DNA of 64,000 nucleotides from Planctomycetota bacterium. Lineage in GTDB: Bacteria > Planctomycetota > JAJSAM01 > JAJVHW01. Shown piece by piece: positions 49,159 through 58,734 of the stretch. A program made the translations under genes and the position numbers. The stretch is from positions 128,001-192,000 of the forward strand of contig CBDFJG010000002.1 of NCBI GenBank assembly GCA_965248445.1. The letters run 5' to 3'. How positions within the stretch are numbered: position 1 is the first letter of the stretch; each line of letters opens with the position of its first letter. Under the pieces are notes generated by a model, which worked only from the letters and a program-made list of their open reading frames with translations, did no database searches and had not been told where the DNA came from.

Positions 49159-49917
49159 TCAGCCGTTGATCGTGATCGCCTGGCCGTTGACGCCGCGGGC
49201 GCCGTCGCTCGCGAGGTAGACGACTGCGGCGGCGACCTCTTCGGGGGTCATCAGGCGGCCTTGCGGACTCATCTTCTCGATGGCACTGCGCGCTTCCTCG
49301 GTTGAGCGCTTGGTGGTCTTGGCGATCTTCTCGACGCTGCGTTCGGTCATCTCGGTGTCCACGAAACCGGGGCAAACCGCATTGACCGTCACGCCCTGCG
49401 AGGCGATCTCGAGCGCCAGCGAACGGGTCAGGCCCAACAGTGCGTGCTTCGACGCGGCGTAGTGCGACGCGTAGGCGACGCCCTGCAGCGCCGCGACGCT
49501 GGCGACGTTCACAATGCGGCCCCACTTCGCGTCGAGCATCCCGCGCAGGCACGCGCGAATGAGGAGATACGGGCCGGTGACGTTGATCGCGAACGTGTCG
49601 GCCCACTCCTGCGGCTTAATGCGTGTGAACGGTGCAGAGTTCGCGACGCCCGCGTTGTTCACCAGCACAGCCGGCACGCCGAGACCCGACGTCACTGCGG
49701 CGACTCCGGCCGCGATGTCGTCCGCGTCGCGCACGTCCATCGCGACGGCCAGACCGCGCACGCCGTGCTTCTCGATCGCGGACACCGCGGCCGCGCCGAG
49801 CTCCGTGTCGCGCGCGGTGACCGCTACGTCGTAGCCCGCCGCGGCCAGCGCCGTCGCGCAGGCCCGTCCGATGCCGCGGCTGCCGCCGGTCACCAGTGCC
49901 ACGCGTCGTTCGGCCAT
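49159..49917 (-). CDS. Short-chain dehydrogenase/reductase
   Basis: VTGGSRGIG, NNAG, YAASK, NAVCPGFVDT; RBS AGGAGG before ATG 49917. Confidence 0.95.
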   Translation of the reverse strand: MAERRVALVTGGSRGIGRACATALAAAGYDVAVTARDTELGAAAVSAIEKHGVRGLAVAMDVRDADDIAAGVAAVTSGLGVPAVLVNNAGVANSAPFTRIKPQEWADTFAINVTGPYLLIRACLRGMLDAKWGRIVNVASVAALQGVAYASHYAASKHALLGLTRSLALEIASQGVTVNAVCPGFVDTEMTERSVEKIAKTTKRSTEEARSAIEKMSPQGRLMTPEEVAAAVVYLASDGARGVNGQAITING

Positions 49918-50037
49918 TGCGCCTCCTGCTTGCGGGCACCGCCCGCGGGGTTCGGTTACCTTCCCCGGTTCGGCCGCGGGGCGCCCCTGAAATCCCGCCA
50001 CGCGGAGCCGGACGGAGACACTGATGGCAACAGAGTC

Positions 50038-51075
50038 ATGACCACAATGCGAGCGTGCGTCGTGCGGGAACACGGCGGGCCCGAGAGCGTCCTGATCGAG
50101 GAACGCGAGGTCCCCACGCCGGGCGCCGGTCAGGTGCGTGTCGCGGTGCGCGCGGCCGCGCTGAACCACCTCGACATCTGGGTGCGGCAGGGCGTGCCCG
50201 GACATCCGTTCCCGCTGCCGATGATCCTCGGCTGCGACTTCGCCGGCGTAGTGGACGCGGTCGGCGCAGGCGTCACGAACGCCAAGGAGGGCGACGAGGT
50301 CGCGATCGCCCCAGGGTTCTCCTGCGGCACGTGCCGGCGCTGCCTCGCCGGCGACGACAACCTCTGTTCCGGGTACGGCATCTACGGAGAGACGACGGAC
50401 GGCGGCTGCGCCGAGTACGCCGTCGTCAGCGCGGCGAACCTCCTCCCGAAGCCGTCGAACCTGTCGTTCGAGGAGACCGCCGCCTTCCCGCTCGTGTTCC
50501 AGACCGCATGGCACATGCTCGTGGCGCGCTGCAACATCCGGCCCGGCGAGACCGTGCTCGTGCACGCGGCCGGCAGCGGCGTCGGCAGTGCGGCCGTCCA
50601 GATCGCGAAGCTCTACTCCGCCACCGTGATCGCGACCGCGAGCACGCAGGAGAAGCTCGACCTCGCGACGGAGTTGGGCGCGGACCACGTCATCAACTAC
50701 AGCGAGACGGACTTCGCCAAGGAGGTCCGCAAGATCACGGCCAAGAAGGGTGCCGACATCGTCTTCGAGCACACCGGCGAGCAGACGTTTCCGGGTAGCG
50801 TGAAGAGCCTCGCCTGGGGCGGGCGGCTCGTGACATGCGGCGCGACGAGCGGCTTCGAGGGCAAGTTCGACCTGCGCATGCTCTTCTTCAAGAGCCTCTC
50901 GTTCCTCGGCTCGACCATGGGCTGCCGCGCCGAACTGCACACGGTCGTGGACCTGATCGAGAAGGGCCTGCTGCGCCCGGTCGTCGACCGTGTGCTGCCG
51001 CTCGACCGAGTTCAGGACGCGCACCGCGTGCTCGACAATCGCGAACAGTTCGGCAAGGTCGTCCTGACACCCTAG
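50038..51075 (+). CDS. Zinc-binding dehydrogenase (MDR family)
   Basis: NHLD, ILGCD, CGTCRRC...C zinc site, AAGSGVG, FGKVVL. Confidence 0.93.
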   Translation: MTTMRACVVREHGGPESVLIEEREVPTPGAGQVRVAVRAAALNHLDIWVRQGVPGHPFPLPMILGCDFAGVVDAVGAGVTNAKEGDEVAIAPGFSCGTCRRCLAGDDNLCSGYGIYGETTDGGCAEYAVVSAANLLPKPSNLSFEETAAFPLVFQTAWHMLVARCNIRPGETVLVHAAGSGVGSAAVQIAKLYSATVIATASTQEKLDLATELGADHVINYSETDFAKEVRKITAKKGADIVFEHTGEQTFPGSVKSLAWGGRLVTCGATSGFEGKFDLRMLFFKSLSFLGSTMGCRAELHTVVDLIEKGLLRPVVDRVLPLDRVQDAHRVLDNREQFGKVVLTP

Positions 51076-51084
51076 GAGAGACAG

Positions 51085-51870
51085 ATGAGCTACGAGAACA
51101 TCACTCTCGACGTCGGCGCCGACGGCATCGCGTCTCTCGTCCTGAACCGGCCGGAGAAGCGCAACGCCATCGACCAGGCGATGATCGACGACCTGCACCG
51201 GGGGCTCGATGCGCTCGACGGCCGCGACGACGTCAAGGTGCTGATCCTCTCGGGCGCAGGCGGCAAGGCCTTCGCGGCCGGCGCGGACATCGGCCAGTTG
51301 CGCGACCGCAAGGCACCCGAGGCCTTGCAGATCATCAATGCGCGGCTGTTCCAGCGGGTCGAAGACCTGCGGTTCCCCACCATCGCCGCGATCACGGGCT
51401 ACGCGCTCGGCGGCGGGTGCGAACTCGCGATGGCATGCGACCTGCGCGTTGCCGGCGAGTCCGCGAAGCTCGGCCAGCCCGAAGTCGCGCTCGGCATCAT
51501 TCCGGCGGCGGGCGGGACGCAACGGCTGCCGCGGCTGGTCGGCCTCGGCCGCGCCCGCGAGCTGATCTTCACGGGCCGCATCGTCGGGGCTGCTGAGTCG
51601 GAGCGCATCGGCCTCCTCAATCGCGTCGTGCCGGACGACCAGGTGCTCGCGTCGGCGCGTGAGTTGGCCGAGGAGATCGCCAAGCAGGGCGCTCTCGCCG
51701 TGCGTCTCGCGAAGCTCGCGCTGAACACGTCGAGCCGCAGCGGCCACGACACGGGAGTCCTCGTCGAGCAACTCGCCCAGGCGGTGCTGTTCGAGAGCGA
51801 CGACAAGCATGCGCGCATGACGGACTTCCTCGAGCGCAAGGCTGCCCGGAGGCGCGAGAAGCAGTCGTGA
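51085..51870 (+). CDS. Enoyl-CoA hydratase (crotonase)
   Basis: NRPEKRNA, AGADI, ALGGGCELA, GQPE...GGTQRLPR; RBS AGGAG. Confidence 0.95.
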   Translation: MSYENITLDVGADGIASLVLNRPEKRNAIDQAMIDDLHRGLDALDGRDDVKVLILSGAGGKAFAAGADIGQLRDRKAPEALQIINARLFQRVEDLRFPTIAAITGYALGGGCELAMACDLRVAGESAKLGQPEVALGIIPAAGGTQRLPRLVGLGRARELIFTGRIVGAAESERIGLLNRVVPDDQVLASARELAEEIAKQGALAVRLAKLALNTSSRSGHDTGVLVEQLAQAVLFESDDKHARMTDFLERKAARRREKQS

Positions 51871-52775
51871 GGTCCGCTCTCGCGTTGCTGCTGTTGGCCC
51901 TGTCGCCGGCCGCGTGCGGCGGCTGCGGTGAGGACGAGCCGGTCACGCCTCCTCCCGTACCGAAGAACGGAGAGGCTCCCGTACCCGAGACGTTCACGTT
52001 CCGCTGGGAGGGCCCGCGCCCGTGGAACGACACGGTGTACGTCGGCACGGGGGAGATGCTCGCGACGTCGCAGCCGTTTCCGGGCCGGATGCTGGGGCCG
52101 CCTGGCGAGTTCGTGGTCACGGCCCCGCGGGGCACAGCGTATGAAGTCCGCACGGAACTGATCCTCACGGACGCTGAGCGCGGCATGCTGTGGCACGTCG
52201 ACTCCGCGGGGGTGTTCGACACCGCGGAGCCGATCCGGATCGTCGCGCCGCAGCGCTCGCTGATCAGGATCGACGGGGGTCCGCACGCAGGGCCCGACGA
52301 ACTGGTCCTCTACGACGAGGAGACGGGCACGTCCGGCTCGGCGATCCGCGACGAGACCAAGGCGCTGTTCCTGTGCGCATGGAAGGGCCGTGACGGAAAC
52401 TCGTACCGGATTCGCGCGCCCGCCCGGCCGTGGGTCTGCAACGAGTTCGGCGCGGGATCCCGCGTCGTCGCGGCGCGCACCCGCGGACGCCAGTGGGTCG
52501 TGCTCCGTGCGGAGCTGTCGCCAGGTCACGAGATCCGTGTCCCCGTCGGCGCCGCGCCGACGGGCGGCGGCACCGTTCACTGCGACGACGAGAACGCGCT
52601 ACTCGTGCTGGACGACGAGTTCCCGATCCCGGCCCCGCGCATGGCCGCCGACCTCACGTTCCGCGCCACCTGGGAGGGCGTCCCGCCCGGCGAGCACGTC
52701 GTGCGTTACCCGGACGGGGACGAGGTGGACATCACCGTCGAAGACGGCGGCGAAGTGATGCTCCCGGATCGGTGA
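51867..52775 (+). CDS. Hypothetical lipoprotein
   Basis: GTGA overlap; signal peptide ending PAA-C; beta-rich body. Confidence 0.6.
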   Translation: MRSALALLLLALSPAACGGCGEDEPVTPPPVPKNGEAPVPETFTFRWEGPRPWNDTVYVGTGEMLATSQPFPGRMLGPPGEFVVTAPRGTAYEVRTELILTDAERGMLWHVDSAGVFDTAEPIRIVAPQRSLIRIDGGPHAGPDELVLYDEETGTSGSAIRDETKALFLCAWKGRDGNSYRIRAPARPWVCNEFGAGSRVVAARTRGRQWVVLRAELSPGHEIRVPVGAAPTGGGTVHCDDENALLVLDDEFPIPAPRMAADLTFRATWEGVPPGEHVVRYPDGDEVDITVEDGGEVMLPDR

Positions 52776-52874
52776 GCGGAGCCCCCGAGCCGCGACGCAG
52801 CGGCCCGCGCCTACGCTGAGGATCGGCGCGGTTCTGCCTCGCGCGAGCGAGGATGCGGAGCATGCGGAGTGCCG

Positions 52875-53312
52875 CTACTCGGAGTGCGCTTCGAACATCT
52901 TGCGGTGCTCGGGTGGGATCGGAACGGCCTTGAAGACGTCCATCTCGATGCATGCGACGGTCACGTTGGCGTCCGCGATCTTGGCGTCGTCACCCTTGCG
53001 CCGGATCAGGTAGCGCAGCGTCACGCTCTTGGTGCCGAGACGCGTGCAGGTCACGCGGATGCGCAGCACGTCGCCGAAACTCGACGGTGCGAAGTAGTTC
53101 ACCTCGGCGTGCACGGCCGGGTAGCCCAGTCCGAAGTCGTTGACAAGCGTTGCGTACGGGTGACCCGTCGTGAAGTGGACGAACTCCTCGTACGCCTCGT
53201 GGCAGTAGTCAAGGTACTTCGGGAAGTAGACGACGCGCGCGTGGTCCACGTCGTTGAACCGCACGGGTCGTTCGAATACGAAGCGTCCGGCGTCGGGTGT
53301 GGTGAGACTCAC
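52875..53312 (-). CDS. Acyl-CoA thioesterase (4-HBT/YbgC hot-dog fold)
   Basis: VRFNDVDHARVVYFPKYLDY...LGTKS. Confidence 0.9.
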   Translation of the reverse strand: MSLTTPDAGRFVFERPVRFNDVDHARVVYFPKYLDYCHEAYEEFVHFTTGHPYATLVNDFGLGYPAVHAEVNYFAPSSFGDVLRIRVTCTRLGTKSVTLRYLIRRKGDDAKIADANVTVACIEMDVFKAVPIPPEHRKMFEAHSE

Positions 53313-53827
53313 TTCGCGCCCTCCGTGCCCGCTTCGACGAAGCGGACGACAACCTGGCCGATGTCGACGCGATCGCCGGGGGATGCCTCGATGTCCTCGA
53401 TCACGACATCGCGCTCGGCCTCGACGGAGAACTCCATCTTCATCGCCTCGACGACGAACAGGACCTCACCCGCCGCGACCGTGTCGCCGACGGCGATGCG
53501 CATCGCGGTGACCACGCCCGTCATCGGTGAGATCGCGAACGGCTCGTCGTCGAGCACGCCGCCGGCCGCAGCGCCGCTCCCCTGCTTCGCCACGTCGAGC
53601 ACGTGGGTGCGGCCACGCAGCCAGACGTGCACGCGGTCTCCGCTGCGTACCACGACCGCCCGCCCGCCGGGCGAGAGCGAAAGTTCGACACCCCCACGCA
53701 GAGTGCGCACCACCTGCACGTCCTCGTGCAACTGCTCGCCGTCGACCGTCACGCGGAACGCGCCGCCGTCGCCCTGCACGCCGATCTCGCGCACCTCGCC
53801 GTTCACCTGGTAGCGGCGGACGCTCAT
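53309..53827 (-). CDS. Biotin carboxyl carrier subunit
   Basis: SPMTG and EAMKME biotinylation motif. Confidence 0.93.
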   Translation of the reverse strand: MSVRRYQVNGEVREIGVQGDGGAFRVTVDGEQLHEDVQVVRTLRGGVELSLSPGGRAVVVRSGDRVHVWLRGRTHVLDVAKQGSGAAAGGVLDDEPFAISPMTGVVTAMRIAVGDTVAAGEVLFVVEAMKMEFSVEAERDVVIEDIEASPGDRVDIGQVVVRFVEAGTEGAK

Positions 53828-55347
53828 GACCGGTCTCCCCGAGCGACGGAACGCCACGGACCGACAGTCGTCCACGGAGTCGGCACCGTCGCGCCGCCCG
53901 CACTTCCGTTCGTGCCGCGTGAGCGGGTCAGGTGCTCTCCGATCGCGGCAGCCGCGAGCACGCGATCGGGGACTTCGTCCGACGGCGCCCAGCCGTCGAA
54001 GTGCTCGGCCAGGAAGCCGGTCGACAGGTCGCCCCGCACGAACGCGTCGTGGCAGAGGATCGCGCGGAGGTACGCCACGTTGGTGCGGGGGCCGAGCACG
54101 ACCATCGCGTCGAGCGCGTGCAGTACGCGACGGCGGGCCTCTTCGCGGTCAGCGCCGTAGGCGATGAGCTTCAGGAGGAGCGAATCGTAGTGCTCGCTCA
54201 CGACCGAACCGGTGCGCACTCCGGCATCCACGCGCACTCCCGGATGCGCGGGCAGGTGCAGGTAGAGGATCTCACCGACCTGGGGTGCGAACCGGTTCGC
54301 CGGGTCCTCGGCGCAGACGCGCACCTCGATCGCGTGCCCGCGGGGGGCCAGGGCTGCGTCCAACTCGATTGCCTGACCGGCCGCGGCGCGCAACTGGAGG
54401 TCGACGAGATCGAGTCCCGTCACCATCTCGGTGATCGGGTGCTCGACTTGCAGGCGCGTGTTGACCTCGAGGAACCAGAAGCGGCCGTCGGGTCCGAGCA
54501 GGAACTCGACGGTGCCGGCGCCGACGTAACCGACTGCGCGAACGAGATCCTCCGCCGCGGCGCCCATCTTCGCGCGCAGGTCCGCGTCGACTACCGGGCT
54601 CGGACTCTCTTCGACGATCTTCTGATGCCGCCGCTGAACGGAGCACTCGCGCTCGCCCAGGTGCACGACGTTTCCGAGCGCGTCGCCGACGACCTGGATC
54701 TCGACGTGCCGTGTCGGATCGACATACGGCTCGAGGAACACGCGGCCGGACCCGAACGCCGACTCCGCTTCGCGCGTCGCCGACGACACGGCCCCGGCCA
54801 GCTCGGACACCGTGCGCACGATGCGCATGCCGCGGCCTCCGCCCCCCGCCGCCGCTTTCACCAGCAACGGGAACCCGAGCTTCTCCGCCGCGTCGCGCAC
54901 GACCCGCGGATCTGAGAAGTCGCCGGTGTATCCGCCGAGGATCGCCACACCGGCCGCCTTCGCGGTCTCCTTGGCGCGCACCTTGTCTCCGAGCGCGTCG
55001 ATCACATCCGGCGGAGGTCCGATCCAGACCAGGCCCTGCTCCTGCACACGCCGCGCGAACTCCGCCGACTCGGCGAGGAACCCGTAGCCGGGGTGGATCG
55101 CCTCGGCACCCGTGTCGCGCGCTGCAGCGAGCACGCGGTCCATGTCGAGATAGCTCTCGCGCGCCGGACCGGGGCCGATGACCGCGGTCGTGTCCGCGAG
55201 AAGGGCGTGCGGCGCAGCGCGATCCGCCTCGCTTGCGACCGCGATGCTGCGCAGCCCCGCCTCGCGTATCGCGCGAATGACGCGAACCGCGATCTCGCCG
55301 CGATTGGCGATCAGCACCGATGCAAAGGGGCGGTACGCCTCGGTCAT
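53824..55347 (-). CDS. Biotin carboxylase subunit of an acyl-CoA (methylcrotonyl-CoA-type) carboxylase
   Basis: VLIANRGEIA, IHPGYGFL, GGGGRGMR, RECSVQRRHQK, FLEVNTRLQVEH; no biotin domain in this ORF. Confidence 0.95.
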   Translation of the reverse strand: MTEAYRPFASVLIANRGEIAVRVIRAIREAGLRSIAVASEADRAAPHALLADTTAVIGPGPARESYLDMDRVLAAARDTGAEAIHPGYGFLAESAEFARRVQEQGLVWIGPPPDVIDALGDKVRAKETAKAAGVAILGGYTGDFSDPRVVRDAAEKLGFPLLVKAAAGGGGRGMRIVRTVSELAGAVSSATREAESAFGSGRVFLEPYVDPTRHVEIQVVGDALGNVVHLGERECSVQRRHQKIVEESPSPVVDADLRAKMGAAAEDLVRAVGYVGAGTVEFLLGPDGRFWFLEVNTRLQVEHPITEMVTGLDLVDLQLRAAAGQAIELDAALAPRGHAIEVRVCAEDPANRFAPQVGEILYLHLPAHPGVRVDAGVRTGSVVSEHYDSLLLKLIAYGADREEARRRVLHALDAMVVLGPRTNVAYLRAILCHDAFVRGDLSTGFLAEHFDGWAPSDEVPDRVLAAAAIGEHLTRSRGTNGSAGGATVPTPWTTVGPWRSVARGDRS

Positions 55348-56162
55348 TGCGCCCAGCGGGGCTTGCGCTTGTCGAGGAACGCGCGCAGGCCCTCCTGGCC
55401 CTCCGCCGACACACGTGCCTCGGCGATGCGCTCCGCGGTGTACGCCTTCACCGCCTCGTAGCCGTCCTCGAGAGCGCCGGCCATGGCGAGTCCGCCGGTC
55501 ACATCCTCGACGAGTTCCTTGCAGGCGGCGACCGCCTCCGGACCGCACTGCAGGACGGCGAAGACCACGCGATTGACCGCTTCGTCCAGCTGATCCGCGG
55601 GCACCACGACGTCGACGAGTCCGATGCGGTGCGCTTCGTTGCCGTCCATGCGGCTGCCCGTCACGAACCAGCGGCGCGCGCGGGACGGTCCGAGCCGCTG
55701 CACGATGTAGGGGCTGATGACCGCGGGCAGGATGCCGAGCCGCGCTTCGGTGAACCCGATCTTCGCGTCCTCGGCCGCCACCGAGACGTCCGCCGCGGCA
55801 AGGAGGCCGGCACCGCCGCCGAGCGCGGCTCCCTGCACGCGCGCGATCACCGCCTTCGGCACGACCGAGATCGCTTCGTAGAGATCGGCCAAAGCCAGTG
55901 CGTCCGTGACGTTCGTCTCCTGGTCGGCGGTGACCATGCGCTTCATCCACTCGACGTCGGCGCCGGCGCTGAATACCGGGCCGTCCCCCGCCAGCACGAT
56001 GACGCGCACGCCGTCGTCCGTGCCGACGTCCTCGAACACCTCGAGCATGCGGGCGATCACCTGATCGTCGAACGCGTTGCGCTTCTCGGCGCGGCACAGC
56101 GTGACGCGAGCGACACCGCCCTCGCGCTCGACTCTCACTCCACGATCGGTTCCGTCACTCAC
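55344..56162 (-). CDS. liuC: Methylglutaconyl-CoA hydratase-like enoyl-CoA hydratase
   Basis: FSAGADVEWM, GGGAGL, EARLGILPAVISPY, EGQEGLRAFL; lies between the MCC subunits. Confidence 0.8.
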   Translation of the reverse strand: MSDGTDRGVRVEREGGVARVTLCRAEKRNAFDDQVIARMLEVFEDVGTDDGVRVIVLAGDGPVFSAGADVEWMKRMVTADQETNVTDALALADLYEAISVVPKAVIARVQGAALGGGAGLLAAADVSVAAEDAKIGFTEARLGILPAVISPYIVQRLGPSRARRWFVTGSRMDGNEAHRIGLVDVVVPADQLDEAVNRVVFAVLQCGPEAVAACKELVEDVTGGLAMAGALEDGYEAVKAYTAERIAEARVSAEGQEGLRAFLDKRKPRWAQ

Positions 56163-56166
56163 CGCG

Positions 56167-57780
56167 TCACATCCGGAAGACCGGCCACTGCGATTCGGGG
56201 GTCTCCGCACCGAGCGACACGCTGAGGGCCAGTCCGAGCGCGTCGCGTGTGCGTGCGGGTTCGAGGATGCCGTCGTCCCACAGCCGCGCGGTTGCGTAGT
56301 ACGGGCTCCCCTCGGTCTCGTACTTCTCGAGGATCGGACGCTTGAACTCGGCCTGCTCCTCGTCGGTCATCTGTTCGCCCTTGCCCGCCAGCTTGTCCAT
56401 GCGGACCTGCAAGAGGACGTTTGCCGCCTGCTCGCCGCCCATCACCGAGATGCGCGAGTTCGGCCACATGAACAGGAAGCGCGGCGAGTAGCCGCGGCCG
56501 CACATAGCGTAGTTCCCCGCTCCATAGGACGCGCCGATGATGACCGTGATCCTCGGGACCTTCACCGTCGCGACGGCCTGGACCATCTTCGCGCCGTTGC
56601 GCGCGATGCCGTTCTCCTCGTATCGCTTCCCGACCATGAAGCCGGTGATGTTCTGCAGAAACACGAGCGGGACGCCGCGCTGCCCGCAGAGCTGGACGAA
56701 GTGCGCGCCCTTGCGTGCGCTCTCGCTGAACAGCACGCCGTTGTTCGCGACGATGCCGATCGGCATGCCGTGCAGATGCGCGAAGCCGGTCGTCAGCGTC
56801 GTGCCGTAGAGCGGTTTGAACTCGTGGAAGCGGCTGCCGTCCACGATCCGCGCGATGACCTCGCGGACGTCGTACGGCGTGCGGTTGTCCCGCGGCAGGA
56901 CGCCGTAGATCTCCTCGGGGTCGTACGCCGGCTCCTCGACCGGCCGCAGGTCGAGCGTCGTACGCCGCGGATCGCGATTCAGGTTCTCGACGATGCTGCG
57001 AGCCAGGGCGAGCGCGTGATCGTCATCGCGCGCCATGTGGTCGGCTACGCCGGAGATGCGTGTGTGCAGGTCGGCGCCGCCGAGTTCCTCGGCGGTAACG
57101 ACCTCGCCTGTCGCGGCCTTCACCAGCGGAGGCCCGCCGAGGAAGATCGTGCCGTTGCCCTTCACGATGATGCTCTCGTCGCTCATCGCCGGCACGTACG
57201 CGCCACCGGCTGTGCACGAGCCCATGACGGCCGCGATCTGCGGGATGCCCGCCGCGGACAACCGGGCCTGGTTCGCGAAGATGCGCCCGAAGTGCTTCTC
57301 GTCGGGGAACACCTCGTCCTGCTTCGGGAGGAACGCCCCGCCGGAGTCGACCAGGTAGATCGTGGGAAGCCGGTTCTCCGCTGCGATCTCCTGCGCGCGA
57401 ACGTGCTTCTTGACGGTGAGAGGGTAGTAGGTGCCGCCCTTCACCGTGGCGTCGTTGGCGACGACCATGACCTCGCGGCCGTGGACGAGCCCGATCCCCG
57501 TCACGATGCCGGCAGCCGGGACGCGACTGCCGTAGACCTCGTGTGCCGCGAGCGCCGACAGCTCGAGGAAGGGCGAACCCGGGTCCAGCAGCCGCTCGAC
57601 TCGGACCCGCGCGAGGAGCTTGTTCCGCGAGGTGTGCTTCTCGACGAGACGCTCCGAACCGTGCTGTCGCACGTCGTCCATGCGGTCGCGCAATCCGCCG
57701 AGCAGCGCGAGGTGATGCTCCCGGTTCGCGCGGTACTCGTCGGAGTCGGTCGAGATGCGGCTCCGGATCACGTCTGTCAT
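56167..57780 (-). CDS. liuB: 3-methylcrotonyl-CoA carboxylase beta (carboxyltransferase) subunit
   Basis: [60 protein letters not shown]. Confidence 0.93.
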   Translation of the reverse strand: MTDVIRSRISTDSDEYRANREHHLALLGGLRDRMDDVRQHGSERLVEKHTSRNKLLARVRVERLLDPGSPFLELSALAAHEVYGSRVPAAGIVTGIGLVHGREVMVVANDATVKGGTYYPLTVKKHVRAQEIAAENRLPTIYLVDSGGAFLPKQDEVFPDEKHFGRIFANQARLSAAGIPQIAAVMGSCTAGGAYVPAMSDESIIVKGNGTIFLGGPPLVKAATGEVVTAEELGGADLHTRISGVADHMARDDDHALALARSIVENLNRDPRRTTLDLRPVEEPAYDPEEIYGVLPRDNRTPYDVREVIARIVDGSRFHEFKPLYGTTLTTGFAHLHGMPIGIVANNGVLFSESARKGAHFVQLCGQRGVPLVFLQNITGFMVGKRYEENGIARNGAKMVQAVATVKVPRITVIIGASYGAGNYAMCGRGYSPRFLFMWPNSRISVMGGEQAANVLLQVRMDKLAGKGEQMTDEEQAEFKRPILEKYETEGSPYYATARLWDDGILEPARTRDALGLALSVSLGAETPESQWPVFRM

Positions 57781-57929
57781 GTCGTCACGACGGTATCCGC
57801 AGCCTCGGGCCAAATCCCCTTCTGCCAGCCCGGCCCGCGGTGCGCCACCTGCCGAGGACACCGGCCGGGCAGATCGTCCGGGTAGCCTCGCGCAGGAACC
57901 CGGCACCCGTGTTGCGGGTTCGTACCCCG

Positions 57930-58694
57930 ATGCGCTTCACGACCTCCCTCGGAGCCGGCTGTCTCGGCTTGGCGCTGCTGCTGGCCACGGCCCTGCCCCC
58001 GCGCACGGCCGGGGCGACGCGCGAGTACGCCAAGGAGCAGGACAAGGACTGCTCGTTCTGCCACATCAACAGCGAGGGCGGCGGACCGCGGGCCGAGCAG
58101 GGCCGTCTGTTCGAGGCGAACGGCCACAAGTTCGGTGTCGCGAGCTGGTCGTCGGCAGAGAACACTGCGACATACCTGCGCGCCCGGGCCGCGCTGCTCG
58201 CGACCTGGTACCGCGAGTGCGACCGCCTGCTCGACGAGGTCGCGGACAAGGAAGAGCTCGCGGGCGGGAAGACGCTGATCGACTCGACTCGCAAGCGCTA
58301 CCGGATGTTCCCCCGCACGTGGCTGCGCAACGCGAAGAAGCTCCTTCAGAAGGGCTCGCGGGGGCGGCCGAACGCGTTGAAGTTCCTCACCAAGATCGAG
58401 AGCCAGTTCCCCGAGAGCGACGAGGGCAAGGAGGCCGTCAAGCTGCTCGACGAGATGACTGCCGACGAGAAGGTCAAGCCGGAGGTCGACACCGCCCGCG
58501 CCGTCGAACGGGCGCGGCTGGCGTACCTCATGGCGCGCACCGAGTACCAGATGGGCGACTTCGAGAGAGCCCGTGAACTGTTTCAGTCCGTGCTCGCCGA
58601 CGAGTACGGATCGAGCCTCCGGAAAGACGCCGAGGAGCAGCTCGCCGAACTGACCGAGACCGAGAAGGCAGCCGAGGACGAGTCCTCCGAGTAG
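57930..58694 (+). CDS. Secreted monoheme (CxxCH) protein with a TPR-like C-domain
   Basis: Signal peptide; [13 protein letters not shown]...GGGP...G..F..NGH; QFPES and [12 protein letters not shown]-like motifs. Confidence 0.7.
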   Translation: MRFTTSLGAGCLGLALLLATALPPRTAGATREYAKEQDKDCSFCHINSEGGGPRAEQGRLFEANGHKFGVASWSSAENTATYLRARAALLATWYRECDRLLDEVADKEELAGGKTLIDSTRKRYRMFPRTWLRNAKKLLQKGSRGRPNALKFLTKIESQFPESDEGKEAVKLLDEMTADEKVKPEVDTARAVERARLAYLMARTEYQMGDFERARELFQSVLADEYGSSLRKDAEEQLAELTETEKAAEDESSE

Positions 58695-58734
58695 CCTCCG
58701 CGTTCACCCGGGAAACGGGCGGGCAGAGGTCGCG

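Noticed and set aside
49918..51810. Long N-terminal extensions in the ORF track (SDR 883 aa, YceH 791 aa, RtcB 579 aa, biotin carboxylase 757 aa) suggesting fusions
   Set aside because: The extensions overlap other real genes; family-typical starts lie downstream.
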